Of a DNA stretch of 64,000 nucleotides, positions 41,326 to 51,111 are shown one piece after another. The stretch comes from Planctomycetota bacterium (lineage in GTDB: Bacteria > Planctomycetota > B15-G4). How positions within the stretch are numbered: position 1 is the stretch's first letter; every line of letters starts with the position of its first letter. The notes under the pieces were generated by a model that was not told where the DNA came from, ran no database searches, and was given only the letters and a program-made list of their open reading frames with translations. The DNA lies in NCBI GenBank assembly GCA_038212275.1, contig JBBQUR010000021.1:1-64000 (forward strand), written 5' to 3'. The position numbers and the translations under genes were made by a program.

Positions 41326-42638
41326 GGGCCCGACACGGGATGCGCGACGATGTGCGCGCCATCGGGCAGGTTGTAGCCGCCCTCCACGATGACGCGATCG
41401 CCGACGTGCACGTCGCCCACCACTGCGGCAAGGCCGGCGTGGCGGCCTGTGACGGTCACCGGCACCCTGCGCGCGCGGTCGCCGTCCGCGAGCACGACGA
41501 CCTGCACGTCGCCGGCGCGGAGCACGGCGCGCTCGGGGACGAGGATCGACTCATTCAGCCGGCGCAGCTCCAGCTCGCCGCGCACGGCCATGCCGGGCGG
41601 GTCCGACGAGCTGCCGGCATCCGGTGCGACGAGCGCGACGAGCTGCCCCGTCGACGGATCGATGTCCCCGCCGACGCTCTGCAGCGTGCCGGAAGCGGCT
41701 GCGCCCTGTGCGTCGACCCAGGTGGCGCGAGCGCCGGGTTGCAACTCGCGCGCCGCCGCAGGCGTGACGGCGAAGGCGACGAGACGACCCTTCGCTGCAA
41801 GCAGTTCGGCGAAGGGCTGACCGGCCTCGAGGCGCTGGCCGGCGCGCGCGAGGAACGTGAGCAGCTGGCCGTCGACCGGCGTGCGCACGTCGGCCTCCGC
41901 GAGCTGGCGCTCGGTCTCGTCCACGGCGGCCTGCTCGCCGTCCCGCGCCGCCAGCAGCGTGGCGTGCTGGAGTTCACCGCTGAAGTCCCGGAAGTCCGAG
42001 GCCGCGCGCTCCGCCAGCTCCCGATCCGAGCGCGCCTGCGCGGCGGCCTGCTTCGCTTCAGCCAGCGCCTTGTCCGAGGACAGACCCTCGTCGTGCAGCG
42101 CCAGGATGCGCGCCGCCTGCGCTTCCAGCAGTTCCTGCTGCGACACCGCGCGTCGCACGGCGGCCTCCGCCTCGAGCTGCTGGCGCGAGCGGCCCCACGT
42201 TTCGAACTCCGCGAGTGCATCGGTGGCCTGCGCCAGCGAGGCACGAGCCTGCGCGACCGCACCACGCAGCGGCACGGGATCGAGGCTCAGCAGCACGTCG
42301 CCCGCATGCACGAACTGGCCCTGCTCGGCGTGCGTGGCCAGCACCCGGCCGCCCGCCCGCGTGCCCAGCGTCTGCTCGGCTGACGGCGCCGCACGCACGA
42401 CACCCGCTGCCGCCACGACGATGGCCAGCTCGCCGAAAGCCGCGTCCCCGGTGGTGACCGTCACCAGAAGGTCGCCGGGCTCGAGTTCGGGCGCGGCGTC
42501 CTCGTCCTCGGCAGGCGCGTCGGCCGGGCTGCTCTCGTCGCCGCCGTGCCACAACGCAGTCACCGACCAGCCGAGCGCGACGCCTGCGACGAGCAGCAGC
42601 ACGCCGCCGAACCGTCGTCTCGTGCCGATCGTCGTCAT
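41322..42638 (-). CDS. RND efflux periplasmic adaptor (MFP)
   Basis: N-terminal TM, lipoyl halves (G.V...G.FV.AGD.L; TPVDG), coiled coil, VPERAV; GTGA overlap with the permease. Confidence 0.88.
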   Translation of the reverse strand: MTTIGTRRRFGGVLLLVAGVALGWSVTALWHGGDESSPADAPAEDEDAAPELEPGDLLVTVTTGDAAFGELAIVVAAAGVVRAAPSAEQTLGTRAGGRVLATHAEQGQFVHAGDVLLSLDPVPLRGAVAQARASLAQATDALAEFETWGRSRQQLEAEAAVRRAVSQQELLEAQAARILALHDEGLSSDKALAEAKQAAAQARSDRELAERAASDFRDFSGELQHATLLAARDGEQAAVDETERQLAEADVRTPVDGQLLTFLARAGQRLEAGQPFAELLAAKGRLVAFAVTPAAARELQPGARATWVDAQGAAASGTLQSVGGDIDPSTGQLVALVAPDAGSSSDPPGMAVRGELELRRLNESILVPERAVLRAGDVQVVVLADGDRARRVPVTVTGRHAGLAAVVGDVHVGDRVIVEGGYNLPDGAHIVAHPVSGP

Positions 42639-42766
42639 GATGCGAGTGCTCCTCGGCCGGCAGCTTGAAGCCCCGCGGATCCTGTCGGGGCGGAGTCGGT
42701 TGTATCGAACACGTACGGATGGCGGTGCGCCGTCGGATCCAGGGGGCAGCTCACCGAGCCGTCAAA

Positions 42767-44812
42767 TCACTTGCTGAAGCGCGACAGCTCCCTGGCCACG
42801 CGTTGCAGGCGCTCGGCGTTCGCGGCGACCCATGCGTCGGGATCGTCGACCGGCGCGTCGTTCGCCGTGGTGACGGTGAAGCCGGTGAACCCGCCGCGAT
42901 TCACCGGGAAGACGCCCTTCGTCTGCGCATCGACGCAGGCAAGGCTGTCCCAGTCGGCGATGACCGTCTCGGTGCGCGGGCCGGCGCCGGAGCCGCCCGG
43001 ATCGGCCCGCACCGCGGGAAGCAGGTCGCAGCCCAGACTGTAGTCGTCGGGCGGATTGGTGACACCCAGCAGCGACATCAGCGTCGGCGCGATGTCGAGG
43101 TGACTGCTCATCCACGAGATGCGCGCAGGCTGCTGGCCAGGCACCCACAGCACGAAGGGCGTGCGCGTCTGCTCCTCGGCGAAGGAGGAGTGATGCCCCC
43201 AGTGTCCCTTCTCCATGAACTCCTCGCCGTGATCGCCGGTGATGACGACGATCGTGCTGTCCAGCAGGCCGCGCTCCGACAGGCCGTCGAGCACTCGCTG
43301 CAGCTGGCTGTCGAGGTGGTGGCACGCATTGATGTAGCGGTTCTTGATGAGGCCGATGTCGCCTTCAAGATCCATCGTCGCGTAGTTCATGTCCTCGAGG
43401 TACGGCGTGCGGATCACCGACTCGGGCGGGAAGTTGTACTGCGCGTGCGGAGATTCGAAGAACATGAAGCGGAAGAAGGGCTTGTCCGCCGGACGCGTGT
43501 CGATGCTGTCGAGAAGCGCCGACACGTTGAGCCGGTCGTTCTGCCACCCCTCCAGCTTGTCGTCGCCTTCGTGCATGCGCTCGGCGGGCACCTCGGCAAA
43601 CAGCGTCTCGCTGAATTCGGGGAAGGTGAATTTCGCGCTGGTGTAGAGCTGGAAATCGTAGTCGGCAGCGCGGAGCGCGCCGCAGATCACCGGCGCGCGG
43701 GTCTCGTTGAGGAAGGCGAACCAGTAGCTGCCGTACAGGCCGTAGAACATGCCGAACATGCCCATGCGGGTGCCGTTGCCGGCGCTGTAGTGGTTGCGGA
43801 AGTCCAGCGAGCGCGCGGCGAAGGCCGACGTGGCGGGCATGATCTCCGGATCGAGCATGTCCGCCCGCAGCGATTCGGACACGAGCCACACGATGTTCCA
43901 GTTGCGACTGCCCGGCGCGCGCACGATCGGCTCCAGCGGATAGCGCAGGTTCAGCGGATCCGACTTCATGCGGACGCTCTGCTCCCTGTCCGCCTTGAAC
44001 CCGAGCAGGCCTGCCAGCTTGTGCATCCGCAGCGGCTGGTAGAAGGGAAAGGTCCCGGCCGCCGTGACGACGGTGGGAAAGTTGGCCGCGTCCGCGATGC
44101 CGTAGCAGAGCCGCTCGGAGGTCGAGAGCAGCATCAGCCCGGCGAGAAGGCCCCAACGCGCCTTTCGCGACGACAGCAGCATGCAGCCATGCGCAAAACG
44201 CCGGTGCCTCAGCGCGAGCAGCATCAGCAGGGCCTCGAGCACCAGCGAGCCCAGCGCGAGGAGGGCGAAGGACACGTAGGTGGAGCTTCCCGCACCCATG
44301 GACTCGATGCCGCCCGGAGTCTTCAGCAGGTTCCAGACGAAGCCGTTGAGGTGGTAGCCGTACATGCGCACGATCACCGTGTCGGCGAAGATCACCAGCT
44401 GCAGGGCGGCCGCCAGCAGCACGGCGAGGCCGAAGAGCAGCGTCGTCGGCTCGACGTGCAGTCCCGCGGTGACTCGTCCGGCGAACCGCGCCACCGGCCC
44501 CCAGGCCAGCGCCCGGTTGAGCAGCACCAGCAGCAGCGCGATCGGAGCCAGATACATCGCCGGATAGGTGAGGAACATCGCGGCCACGTAAAAGCCGGCC
44601 AGCGCCGAGCGCACCTCGACGTGGGCGAGATATGCCGAGGCGTTGAGCAGCAGCAGCAGCCAGCTCAACAGGAGGAAGCGGCCCAGGATCGCGGACCGGG
44701 TGCGGCGCGCGTCGGACCTTGCGAGCGCGCTGGCCGGTTCGTGCACGAAGCCGATGGGCACGTCGCCCCCCGCCGAGGTGACCAGGGAAGGGCGCGGGAC
44801 GGGCGGCGTCAT
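42767..44812 (-). CDS. YejM/PbgA-like membrane-anchored sulfatase-fold protein (DUF3413 plus sulfatase), paralog 2
   Basis: About 5 TM; D..I..MYGYHLNGFVWNLL; LRYPL; ESLRAD; HYSAGNGTRMG.F..FYG; TGDHGEEF; SH.D..PT; ATGA overlap with paralog 1. Confidence 0.85.
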   Translation of the reverse strand: MTPPVPRPSLVTSAGGDVPIGFVHEPASALARSDARRTRSAILGRFLLLSWLLLLLNASAYLAHVEVRSALAGFYVAAMFLTYPAMYLAPIALLLVLLNRALAWGPVARFAGRVTAGLHVEPTTLLFGLAVLLAAALQLVIFADTVIVRMYGYHLNGFVWNLLKTPGGIESMGAGSSTYVSFALLALGSLVLEALLMLLALRHRRFAHGCMLLSSRKARWGLLAGLMLLSTSERLCYGIADAANFPTVVTAAGTFPFYQPLRMHKLAGLLGFKADREQSVRMKSDPLNLRYPLEPIVRAPGSRNWNIVWLVSESLRADMLDPEIMPATSAFAARSLDFRNHYSAGNGTRMGMFGMFYGLYGSYWFAFLNETRAPVICGALRAADYDFQLYTSAKFTFPEFSETLFAEVPAERMHEGDDKLEGWQNDRLNVSALLDSIDTRPADKPFFRFMFFESPHAQYNFPPESVIRTPYLEDMNYATMDLEGDIGLIKNRYINACHHLDSQLQRVLDGLSERGLLDSTIVVITGDHGEEFMEKGHWGHHSSFAEEQTRTPFVLWVPGQQPARISWMSSHLDIAPTLMSLLGVTNPPDDYSLGCDLLPAVRADPGGSGAGPRTETVIADWDSLACVDAQTKGVFPVNRGGFTGFTVTTANDAPVDDPDAWVAANAERLQRVARELSRFSK

Positions 44813-46785
44813 TTCAGGAAGCGCCCCATGTCGGCGAGCGTGCTGAAGACGAAGGGCTGGCAGGCCAGCTTGGCGGCCGCTTCGTCGGGCACCGGGGCAT
44901 CGTCCGCCGTGCTGATCGTGCTGCCGGTGAGTCGCCCCGAGCGGAACGGAAGCACGAGCTTGAGATCGCCGCTCACGAGCGCCATCTGGTCCCAGTCGGA
45001 GATCACGAGGCTGTCGCGCACGGTATCGCCGAAGAGGTCGTGGCCGAGCGTGTACTGTTCGGGAGGCGTGGTCACGCCGAGCAACGTGAGCACCGTGGCG
45101 GGAAGATCCAGATGGCTGGTCAGGCGGTTGACCACTGCAGGCTCGCGCCCCGGCACCCAGAGCACGAGCGGCGTGGCGGTCTGCTCCCTCGTGAAGGCCG
45201 AGTTGTGTCCCCAGTGGCCGTTCTCGAGGAACTCCTCGCCGTGATCCCCGGTGAGGACCACGATCGTCGAATCGAGCAGGCCCCGCGCTTCGAGCCCTTC
45301 CAGCACGCGCCCGTACTGGCTGTCGAGGTGATGGCAGGCGTTGAGGTAGCGGTTGCGGATCAGCTCGATGTCGTGCTCGAGGTCGAGATTCGCGTAGTTC
45401 ATTTCGGGCAGATAGGGCTCGCGGATCACGGACTCGGGCGGGAAGTTGTAGCGGGCGTGCGGCGACTCGAAGAACATGAAACGGAAGAAGGGCTGCGAGG
45501 CGTCGCGTTCGTCGAGGCTGGCAAGCAGGCTGCCGACTCCGGCGCGGTCGTTCTCCCAGCCGGCAAGATCCGGGTCGCCCTCGTGCAGTCGCTCGGTGGG
45601 CACGCTGGCGAACACCGTCCGGTCGAACTCGGGATAGGTGAACTTCGCGCTGGTCCACGCGCGCACGTCGTAGCCGTCGCGCAGCAGCACGTCCATGAGC
45701 ACCGGACCGTGCATCGCGTCGTGCATCGGGAACCACGCATTCCCGTACAGGCCGTAGAACATCGCGAACATGCCCATGCGGGTGCCGTTCCCGCCGCTGA
45801 AGTGGTCCCGGAACGTCGTGGCGCGCTCCGCGAAGGCGGACGTCGCCGGCATCACCTCCGGGTTGAGCGCATCGGCGCGCAGCGACTCCGCCACGAGCCA
45901 CACGATGTTCCACGTCCGGTGCGACGGCGCCTGCTCGATGTCGCCCAGCGGATAGCTCAGGTGGCTGCTTCCGTTGCCGTGGATGAGGTCCGGATCGTGG
46001 TGCTCCGTGATGCCCAGCATCCTGCCGAGACCGCGCCAGTGCAGTGGCACGTACATCGGAAAGGTGTCGGCCGCAGCGAGGACCGGCCGGTATTCGGTGA
46101 GGTGACTGAGGCAGTAGGTCCCGCGCTCGAAGAGACTGACGAGCAGCACGAGGCCGGCCAGCACGAGCGCACGACGTCGCCCGGGCGGCGCGCGCAGCAG
46201 TCGCGCGAGAAGGCGGCTGCGCCAGGCGATCACCAGCAGCACGACCTGCAGAGCCAGGAAGCCGGCGGCGATGAGCGCGAAGGTCCATTGCGTGGACGCG
46301 CCGGCCTCCAGCGACTGCAGGCCGCCACGCGTGGTCAGCAGGTTCCACACGAAGCCGTTCAGGTGGAAGCCGTACATGCGGACGATGACGGTGTCGAGGT
46401 AGATCAGCAGTTGCACCGCCGTGGTGCACAGCACGGCGGCGCACGCCACCAGCACGTCCGGATTCAGTCCCACGCGCTCGCACCACGCAGCCGGGGTGCG
46501 CCACGCGAGCACGCGACGCATCACGAGCAACGCCCCGAAGACCGGAGCGAGATAGAAGAGCCCGTAGGTCACGAAGACGGCGACCACGTAGACGATCCCG
46601 AGCGGGCTGTCCGCGCTGGCGGCCGGCAGCCGACCGAGGAAGCCGCTCATCGTGACGAGCAGTGCGATCCAGCTCAGCAGCAGGTATCGCCACCACACCG
46701 GGCCATCGAGGATCGCTCGCGAAGGCCTGCCCTCCTCCTGGCGGGAGAGTCCGGCGGCCTCGGGGTGCCATGCGGCTTCGGTCAT
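44809..46785 (-). CDS. YejM/PbgA-like membrane-anchored sulfatase-fold protein (DUF3413 plus sulfatase), paralog 1
   Basis: Same motifs as the downstream paralog (YGFHLNGFVWNLL, LSYPL, HFSGGNGT, GDHGEEF). Confidence 0.85.
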   Translation of the reverse strand: MTEAAWHPEAAGLSRQEEGRPSRAILDGPVWWRYLLLSWIALLVTMSGFLGRLPAASADSPLGIVYVVAVFVTYGLFYLAPVFGALLVMRRVLAWRTPAAWCERVGLNPDVLVACAAVLCTTAVQLLIYLDTVIVRMYGFHLNGFVWNLLTTRGGLQSLEAGASTQWTFALIAAGFLALQVVLLVIAWRSRLLARLLRAPPGRRRALVLAGLVLLVSLFERGTYCLSHLTEYRPVLAAADTFPMYVPLHWRGLGRMLGITEHHDPDLIHGNGSSHLSYPLGDIEQAPSHRTWNIVWLVAESLRADALNPEVMPATSAFAERATTFRDHFSGGNGTRMGMFAMFYGLYGNAWFPMHDAMHGPVLMDVLLRDGYDVRAWTSAKFTYPEFDRTVFASVPTERLHEGDPDLAGWENDRAGVGSLLASLDERDASQPFFRFMFFESPHARYNFPPESVIREPYLPEMNYANLDLEHDIELIRNRYLNACHHLDSQYGRVLEGLEARGLLDSTIVVLTGDHGEEFLENGHWGHNSAFTREQTATPLVLWVPGREPAVVNRLTSHLDLPATVLTLLGVTTPPEQYTLGHDLFGDTVRDSLVISDWDQMALVSGDLKLVLPFRSGRLTGSTISTADDAPVPDEAAAKLACQPFVFSTLADMGRFLK

Positions 46786-47156
46786 CGCGCTGGCGCCCCG
46801 TGCTCAATCAACGAACGGACATCCACGATCCTCGCGGCACTCCGGCCCCGGTACGGCGCAGAAGCGCTGCCTCGAAATCGACGCGCCCAATCTAGATGCG
46901 CACCCCGATTCCAGCCGCATGAACATTCCGTTAGCTCGTTCGTCACCCCTCGCGGCTTCCATGGACAGCATTGCCTGCCTCCGGGGGGCAAGCCACAATC
47001 GAGCGCACCAGCATGTCGGACCACCAGGGCGGCGACACCTCATGCCGACCCCGGGAGCCATGTGACCACGATGATGCTCAAAGGCAGGCCACGACAGCAG
47101 TTCCCGCGGCGGGCGGTGGCGGCCCCAGGCCGGTCGGCCAGCGACCCGTCGCTGTC

Positions 47157-47858
47157 GTGAAGATCCCCATCCTGACCTGGCACGCCGTGCTGCCGCTTCC
47201 CGAGGGCACGCAGGTGCGCGGCGCGGTCTCGCTGCGGGCCTTCGAGACCCAGGTGGCATGGCTTGCCCGCCGCGGCTTCACGTCGCTCTCGATGGATGCG
47301 GCGGCCGACCTGCTGGCGGGTCGCGGCACCCCACCGCGGCGCCCTGTCGTCCTGAGCTTCGATGACGGCTACCGCTGCGTGCTGCAGCACGCCCTGCCCG
47401 TGCTGGAGGCCGCCGGGCTGCGGGCCACGCTTTTCGTGGTCACCGGTTCGGTGGGCGCGACGACCGGCTGGTACCTCGCCAAGGGCGGGCAGTCCTTCGA
47501 ACACGCCGGCTGGGACGAACTGGAGCGCGCCGCCGCCGCCGGCCATGGCATCGGCTCGCACACCGTGCAGCATCGCCGGCTCACCAACCTGTCGCCCGTA
47601 GAACGGGACGCCGAGCTGACCGACAGCCGGGAGGCGCTTCGCGCTCGCTTCGGTGCGTGTGACCACCTCGCCTACCCCTTCGGCTCGGTGTCTGAAGCCG
47701 TGGCCGAGAGCGCGCTCCGCTGCGGCTATCGCACGGCCTGCACCACGCAGCCCGGCCGCAACGCTCCGGGCCAGCCGCTCGCATGGCTGCGCCGGCAGAC
47801 CATCGGGCGCTCGCTGGGAGTGCTGGGCTTCGCGCACCGGGCAGGGCTGCCATGGTGA
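47157..47858 (+). CDS. Polysaccharide deacetylase (CE4/NodB)
   Basis: PILTWH, LSFDDGY, ATLFV, GSHT..H, AYPFG. Start uncertain (GTG 47157, or ATG near 47013). Confidence 0.88.
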   Translation: MKIPILTWHAVLPLPEGTQVRGAVSLRAFETQVAWLARRGFTSLSMDAAADLLAGRGTPPRRPVVLSFDDGYRCVLQHALPVLEAAGLRATLFVVTGSVGATTGWYLAKGGQSFEHAGWDELERAAAAGHGIGSHTVQHRRLTNLSPVERDAELTDSREALRARFGACDHLAYPFGSVSEAVAESALRCGYRTACTTQPGRNAPGQPLAWLRRQTIGRSLGVLGFAHRAGLPW

Positions 47859-48712
47859 GCGGCTCGGACTACGGCCCGTCCGGGCCGGCGACGATCGTGC
47901 TGGTCGCGGCCTACAACCAGACCCGCGAGCTGCGCCTCACGCTGGCGGCGCTCGACGCGCAGACGGACAAGTCCTTCGAGGTGATCGTCGGGGACGACGG
48001 CTCGTCGCCACCGATGGCCGGCCTGATCGCGGAACTTCAGCCCGGGCTCTCGATCAAGGTCTCCTCGGTCTGGCAGGAGGACACGGGCTTCAACCGGGCC
48101 GGCACGATGAACCTCGCGGCGCGCGAGGCACTGGAGCGTGGCGCAGAACTGCTCGTGATCCTCGACGGTGACTGCATTCCCTTCCGCAACCTGGTCTCCG
48201 TCTACCGAGCCCGGGCCTGCCGCGGCGAGTTTCTCTGCGGCTCCGTCGGCATCCTGGACGAGGACATCAGCCGGCGCCTCGACATGGAGGCCGTGCGGCG
48301 CGGCGCGCACGAACGCGCCCTGTCGCTGGCCGAGCGCCTGCGGCTGATCCAGATCCACTGGGGCAACCTGGTGAGTCCCGCGAGCAAGCTGAACCGGCCC
48401 CGCGTCCGTGGCGGCAACGTCGCGGCCTGCGCCGAGCTCTTCCGGCGCGTGGACGGCTACGACGAGGTCTACTGCGGCTTCGGCAAGGAAGATTCGGACC
48501 TGCGCAATCGCTTCCGCAATGCGGGCGCCCGCGGCATCAGCCTGTGGAGCACGGCCATCGCGACGCACCTCTCACGCAAGACCACGGCGACAGGCGTTCG
48601 ACAGCGCGCGCCCGACTCGCTCTACGACCCGGGCAAGTCGCTGATCCGTGCACGGCGCGGCATGAGCGCGTCGCACCCGGGCGCTCCCCTCCCGGACCCT
48701 TCCGACCCATGA
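47852..48712 (+). CDS. Glycosyltransferase family 2 (GT7-like C-terminus)
   Basis: AYN, FEVIVGDDGS, DGDC, GGN...VDGYDE.Y.GFG.EDSD. Confidence 0.9.
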   Translation: MVSGSDYGPSGPATIVLVAAYNQTRELRLTLAALDAQTDKSFEVIVGDDGSSPPMAGLIAELQPGLSIKVSSVWQEDTGFNRAGTMNLAAREALERGAELLVILDGDCIPFRNLVSVYRARACRGEFLCGSVGILDEDISRRLDMEAVRRGAHERALSLAERLRLIQIHWGNLVSPASKLNRPRVRGGNVAACAELFRRVDGYDEVYCGFGKEDSDLRNRFRNAGARGISLWSTAIATHLSRKTTATGVRQRAPDSLYDPGKSLIRARRGMSASHPGAPLPDPSDP

Positions 48713-51054
48713 CACGACGCTTGCCTCGACGCCGGATCGCCCGCTTGCCGACTCCGCGCGGCGCCCTCTCGCTTGCCCTGTGCGTGGCGCTCGCCGCGCA
48801 GGCCGCGCGGGCCCTCACGCCTTCAACCTCGGAGCCGGCGCCCGCCGCCGGGCCGGCGCCGCAGGCTGCGGGAGCACAGGACGCGACGCCCGACCTGCTG
48901 TCCCCCGCGCTGCGCGACCTGTTCCACGAGGCGCTGTCGGGTGAGCTGGCCAAGGAACACGTCATCGCGATCACGCGCCACCACCGCATCCAGGGCAGCC
49001 GCGGCTATCGCGACGCGGCCCGCTACGTGAGCGGGCAACTCGCGCAGTTCGGATTCGTCGCGCCGGGGCGCGGGCCGACAGGCACACCCACCGGCACCGG
49101 TGCAGGCGGCGGTGCAGGCGGCGGTGCAGGCGACGGTGCAGGTGCAGGCGACGGCGCGGGCGGCGCGGCTGTGGACGACGCCGAGGCCATCGCCGCGGGT
49201 CGCGCCGCCGGCGGCGTGCCGGGTTCGTGTCGCGCGGAGGATCCGCCGTCGGCGTGGGTCGAGTCCTTCGTCTCCGATGGTCGCGCGGTCTACCAGACCT
49301 GGCAGTCGCCGCCGGGCTGGGACATCGAGTCCGCGGAGCTGCGCCTGATGTCCCCCGCCGGAGCGCCGGAGGGCGAGCGCATCGTCGGCTACCCGGAGAT
49401 CGCGATGAGCGTGGTCACGTACAGCAACGCGGGAGACGTGACCGCGCCGCTGGTCTGGGTGGGCAGCGGCGAGCGCGAAGAGGACTACGCGGGCAAGAAC
49501 GTGGTCGGCAAGTTCGTGCTCGCGACGGGCTACGGCGGCGCGGTGCACCGGCTCGCGGTGCTCGGACACGGCGCCGCCGCGGTGGTCTGCTTCCTCGACG
49601 ATTCCCGGGCCGCGGACCACCCCGACATGCTGGCCTACACCGGCATGTGGCCGCGCACCGAAGAGCTCGAGCGCACGACCTTCGGCTTCAATCTCACGCA
49701 TCGCCAGGGCGCGCGGTTGCGCGACCTGCTGCTCGCAGGGCAGGACGTGACGCTGCACGGCTGGGTCAAGGGCCGCGGACTCGAGCCCTACTTCATGGAT
49801 GTCGTGTGCGCCGTCATTCCGGGCAGCGAGCATCCCGAGCAGGAGCTGGTCTTCTCCGCGCACCTCGACCACCCCAAGGAATCGGCCAACGACAATGCCT
49901 CGGGCTCGGGCGCGGTGCTCGACATCGCGCGCACGCTCATGGAACTCATCGAGAGCGGCCGCCTGCCGCGCCCGAAGCGCACGCTGCGCTTCCTCTGGGT
50001 GCCGGAGTGGAACGGCACGATGGCCTACATCGACAGGCACCCCGAGCTGTGCGGGCCGGACGCGGGCGGCTCCGTCCTCGCCAACCTGAACATGGACATG
50101 GTCGGCGAGAACCTGGAGCTGCTGCATTCCCGCCTGATTCTCACGCGCACGCCGGACAGCCTGCCGTCCTGCCTCAACGACGTGGTCCTGAACATGGCGG
50201 AGATGGTGGACGGCCTGGACATCCGCACGCCACGCGGCGGCGCCTCCGCCTTCAACTGGCGCATGACCCCGTACAGCGGCGGCAGCGACCACATGATGTT
50301 CCTGGACCGCAAGGTGCCCGCGATCATGTTCAGCCACGAGCCGGACTTCACGCACCACACCAGCGAGGACACGCCCGACAAGGTGGACCCGGTGGAGCTG
50401 GAGCGCTGCGAGCTCATCGCGACCGGCGCGGGCTGGTACCTCGCCAATCTGGCCGACGCGCAGGCGCTCGACCTCGTGGCGCTGGCGGGAGCCGGAGCGC
50501 TGGAGCGCCTCGGCGTCGCGGTGCGTCTGGCGCGCGCCGTCGAAGCCTCGGTCACCGACCGGACGATCGAGCCATTGCCAGTGCTGGAGACGCTGCGCGC
50601 GCGCTTCGGCTTGGCCTCCCGTGCGGTGCAGAGCGTGCTGACCTTCCATGCGGGCGAGGACACCGCGCTGGCGGTGGAGCGCTGGGAGTCCGTACTCAAC
50701 GGGCTGGCCGACCCGCTCTGGCTCGCCGGGGCGACGTGGTCCGGCGCGGAGGCCGTCACCCGCAGCTTCGGCGATGGAGGCCTCGACGCGGGCGTGCGGC
50801 GGCTCACGCGCGGGCCCCTGGATTTCGGGCTGCCGGAGAGCCGGCTCTCGCCCGAGGACATCGCGACGCTGCACGCGCAGGCGCCGGACTTCGATGGCGA
50901 CGTGCGCTTCGAGCTGGTCAACTTCATCGGACCCGACGCGAGTGCGGTCGAGATCGCGCGGGCACTCAGCACCGAGTTCCGGCGCGAGATCACGCCGGCG
51001 CAGGTGAGCGCCTACCTCGACGCGCTCGTGAAGGTCGGAGCGGTTTCCTACTAG
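48709..51054 (+). CDS. M28 family / DUF4910-like metallopeptidase with PA domain (exported)
   Basis: HRIQGS, SAHLDHP, ANDNASG, PEW.GT, NMDMVG, GGSDH, HHTS.D; ATGA coupling. Confidence 0.85.
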   Translation: MTRRLPRRRIARLPTPRGALSLALCVALAAQAARALTPSTSEPAPAAGPAPQAAGAQDATPDLLSPALRDLFHEALSGELAKEHVIAITRHHRIQGSRGYRDAARYVSGQLAQFGFVAPGRGPTGTPTGTGAGGGAGGGAGDGAGAGDGAGGAAVDDAEAIAAGRAAGGVPGSCRAEDPPSAWVESFVSDGRAVYQTWQSPPGWDIESAELRLMSPAGAPEGERIVGYPEIAMSVVTYSNAGDVTAPLVWVGSGEREEDYAGKNVVGKFVLATGYGGAVHRLAVLGHGAAAVVCFLDDSRAADHPDMLAYTGMWPRTEELERTTFGFNLTHRQGARLRDLLLAGQDVTLHGWVKGRGLEPYFMDVVCAVIPGSEHPEQELVFSAHLDHPKESANDNASGSGAVLDIARTLMELIESGRLPRPKRTLRFLWVPEWNGTMAYIDRHPELCGPDAGGSVLANLNMDMVGENLELLHSRLILTRTPDSLPSCLNDVVLNMAEMVDGLDIRTPRGGASAFNWRMTPYSGGSDHMMFLDRKVPAIMFSHEPDFTHHTSEDTPDKVDPVELERCELIATGAGWYLANLADAQALDLVALAGAGALERLGVAVRLARAVEASVTDRTIEPLPVLETLRARFGLASRAVQSVLTFHAGEDTALAVERWESVLNGLADPLWLAGATWSGAEAVTRSFGDGGLDAGVRRLTRGPLDFGLPESRLSPEDIATLHAQAPDFDGDVRFELVNFIGPDASAVEIARALSTEFRREITPAQVSAYLDALVKVGAVSY
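49099..49152. repeat. 12-nt in-frame repeats (GGTGCAGGCGRC) encoding GAGG/GAGD
   Basis: Read directly from the sequence. Confidence 0.8.
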
Positions 51055-51111
51055 CGGTTTCCTGCTGAGGCCGCGCGCAGCGCCGCGCGGCGCGCGGGGC
51101 ACCGGCGCGAA

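Noticed and set aside
36780..42638. RND-MFP-TolC operon as a novel system
   Set aside because: It is a canonical tripartite efflux pump, and its substrate cannot be inferred from the sequence.
42767..46807. 1346-aa ORF suggesting a fused or frameshifted double sulfatase
   Set aside because: The first half is an off-frame reading of paralog 1. Paralog 2 has its own ATG overlapping the paralog 1 stop (ATGA).
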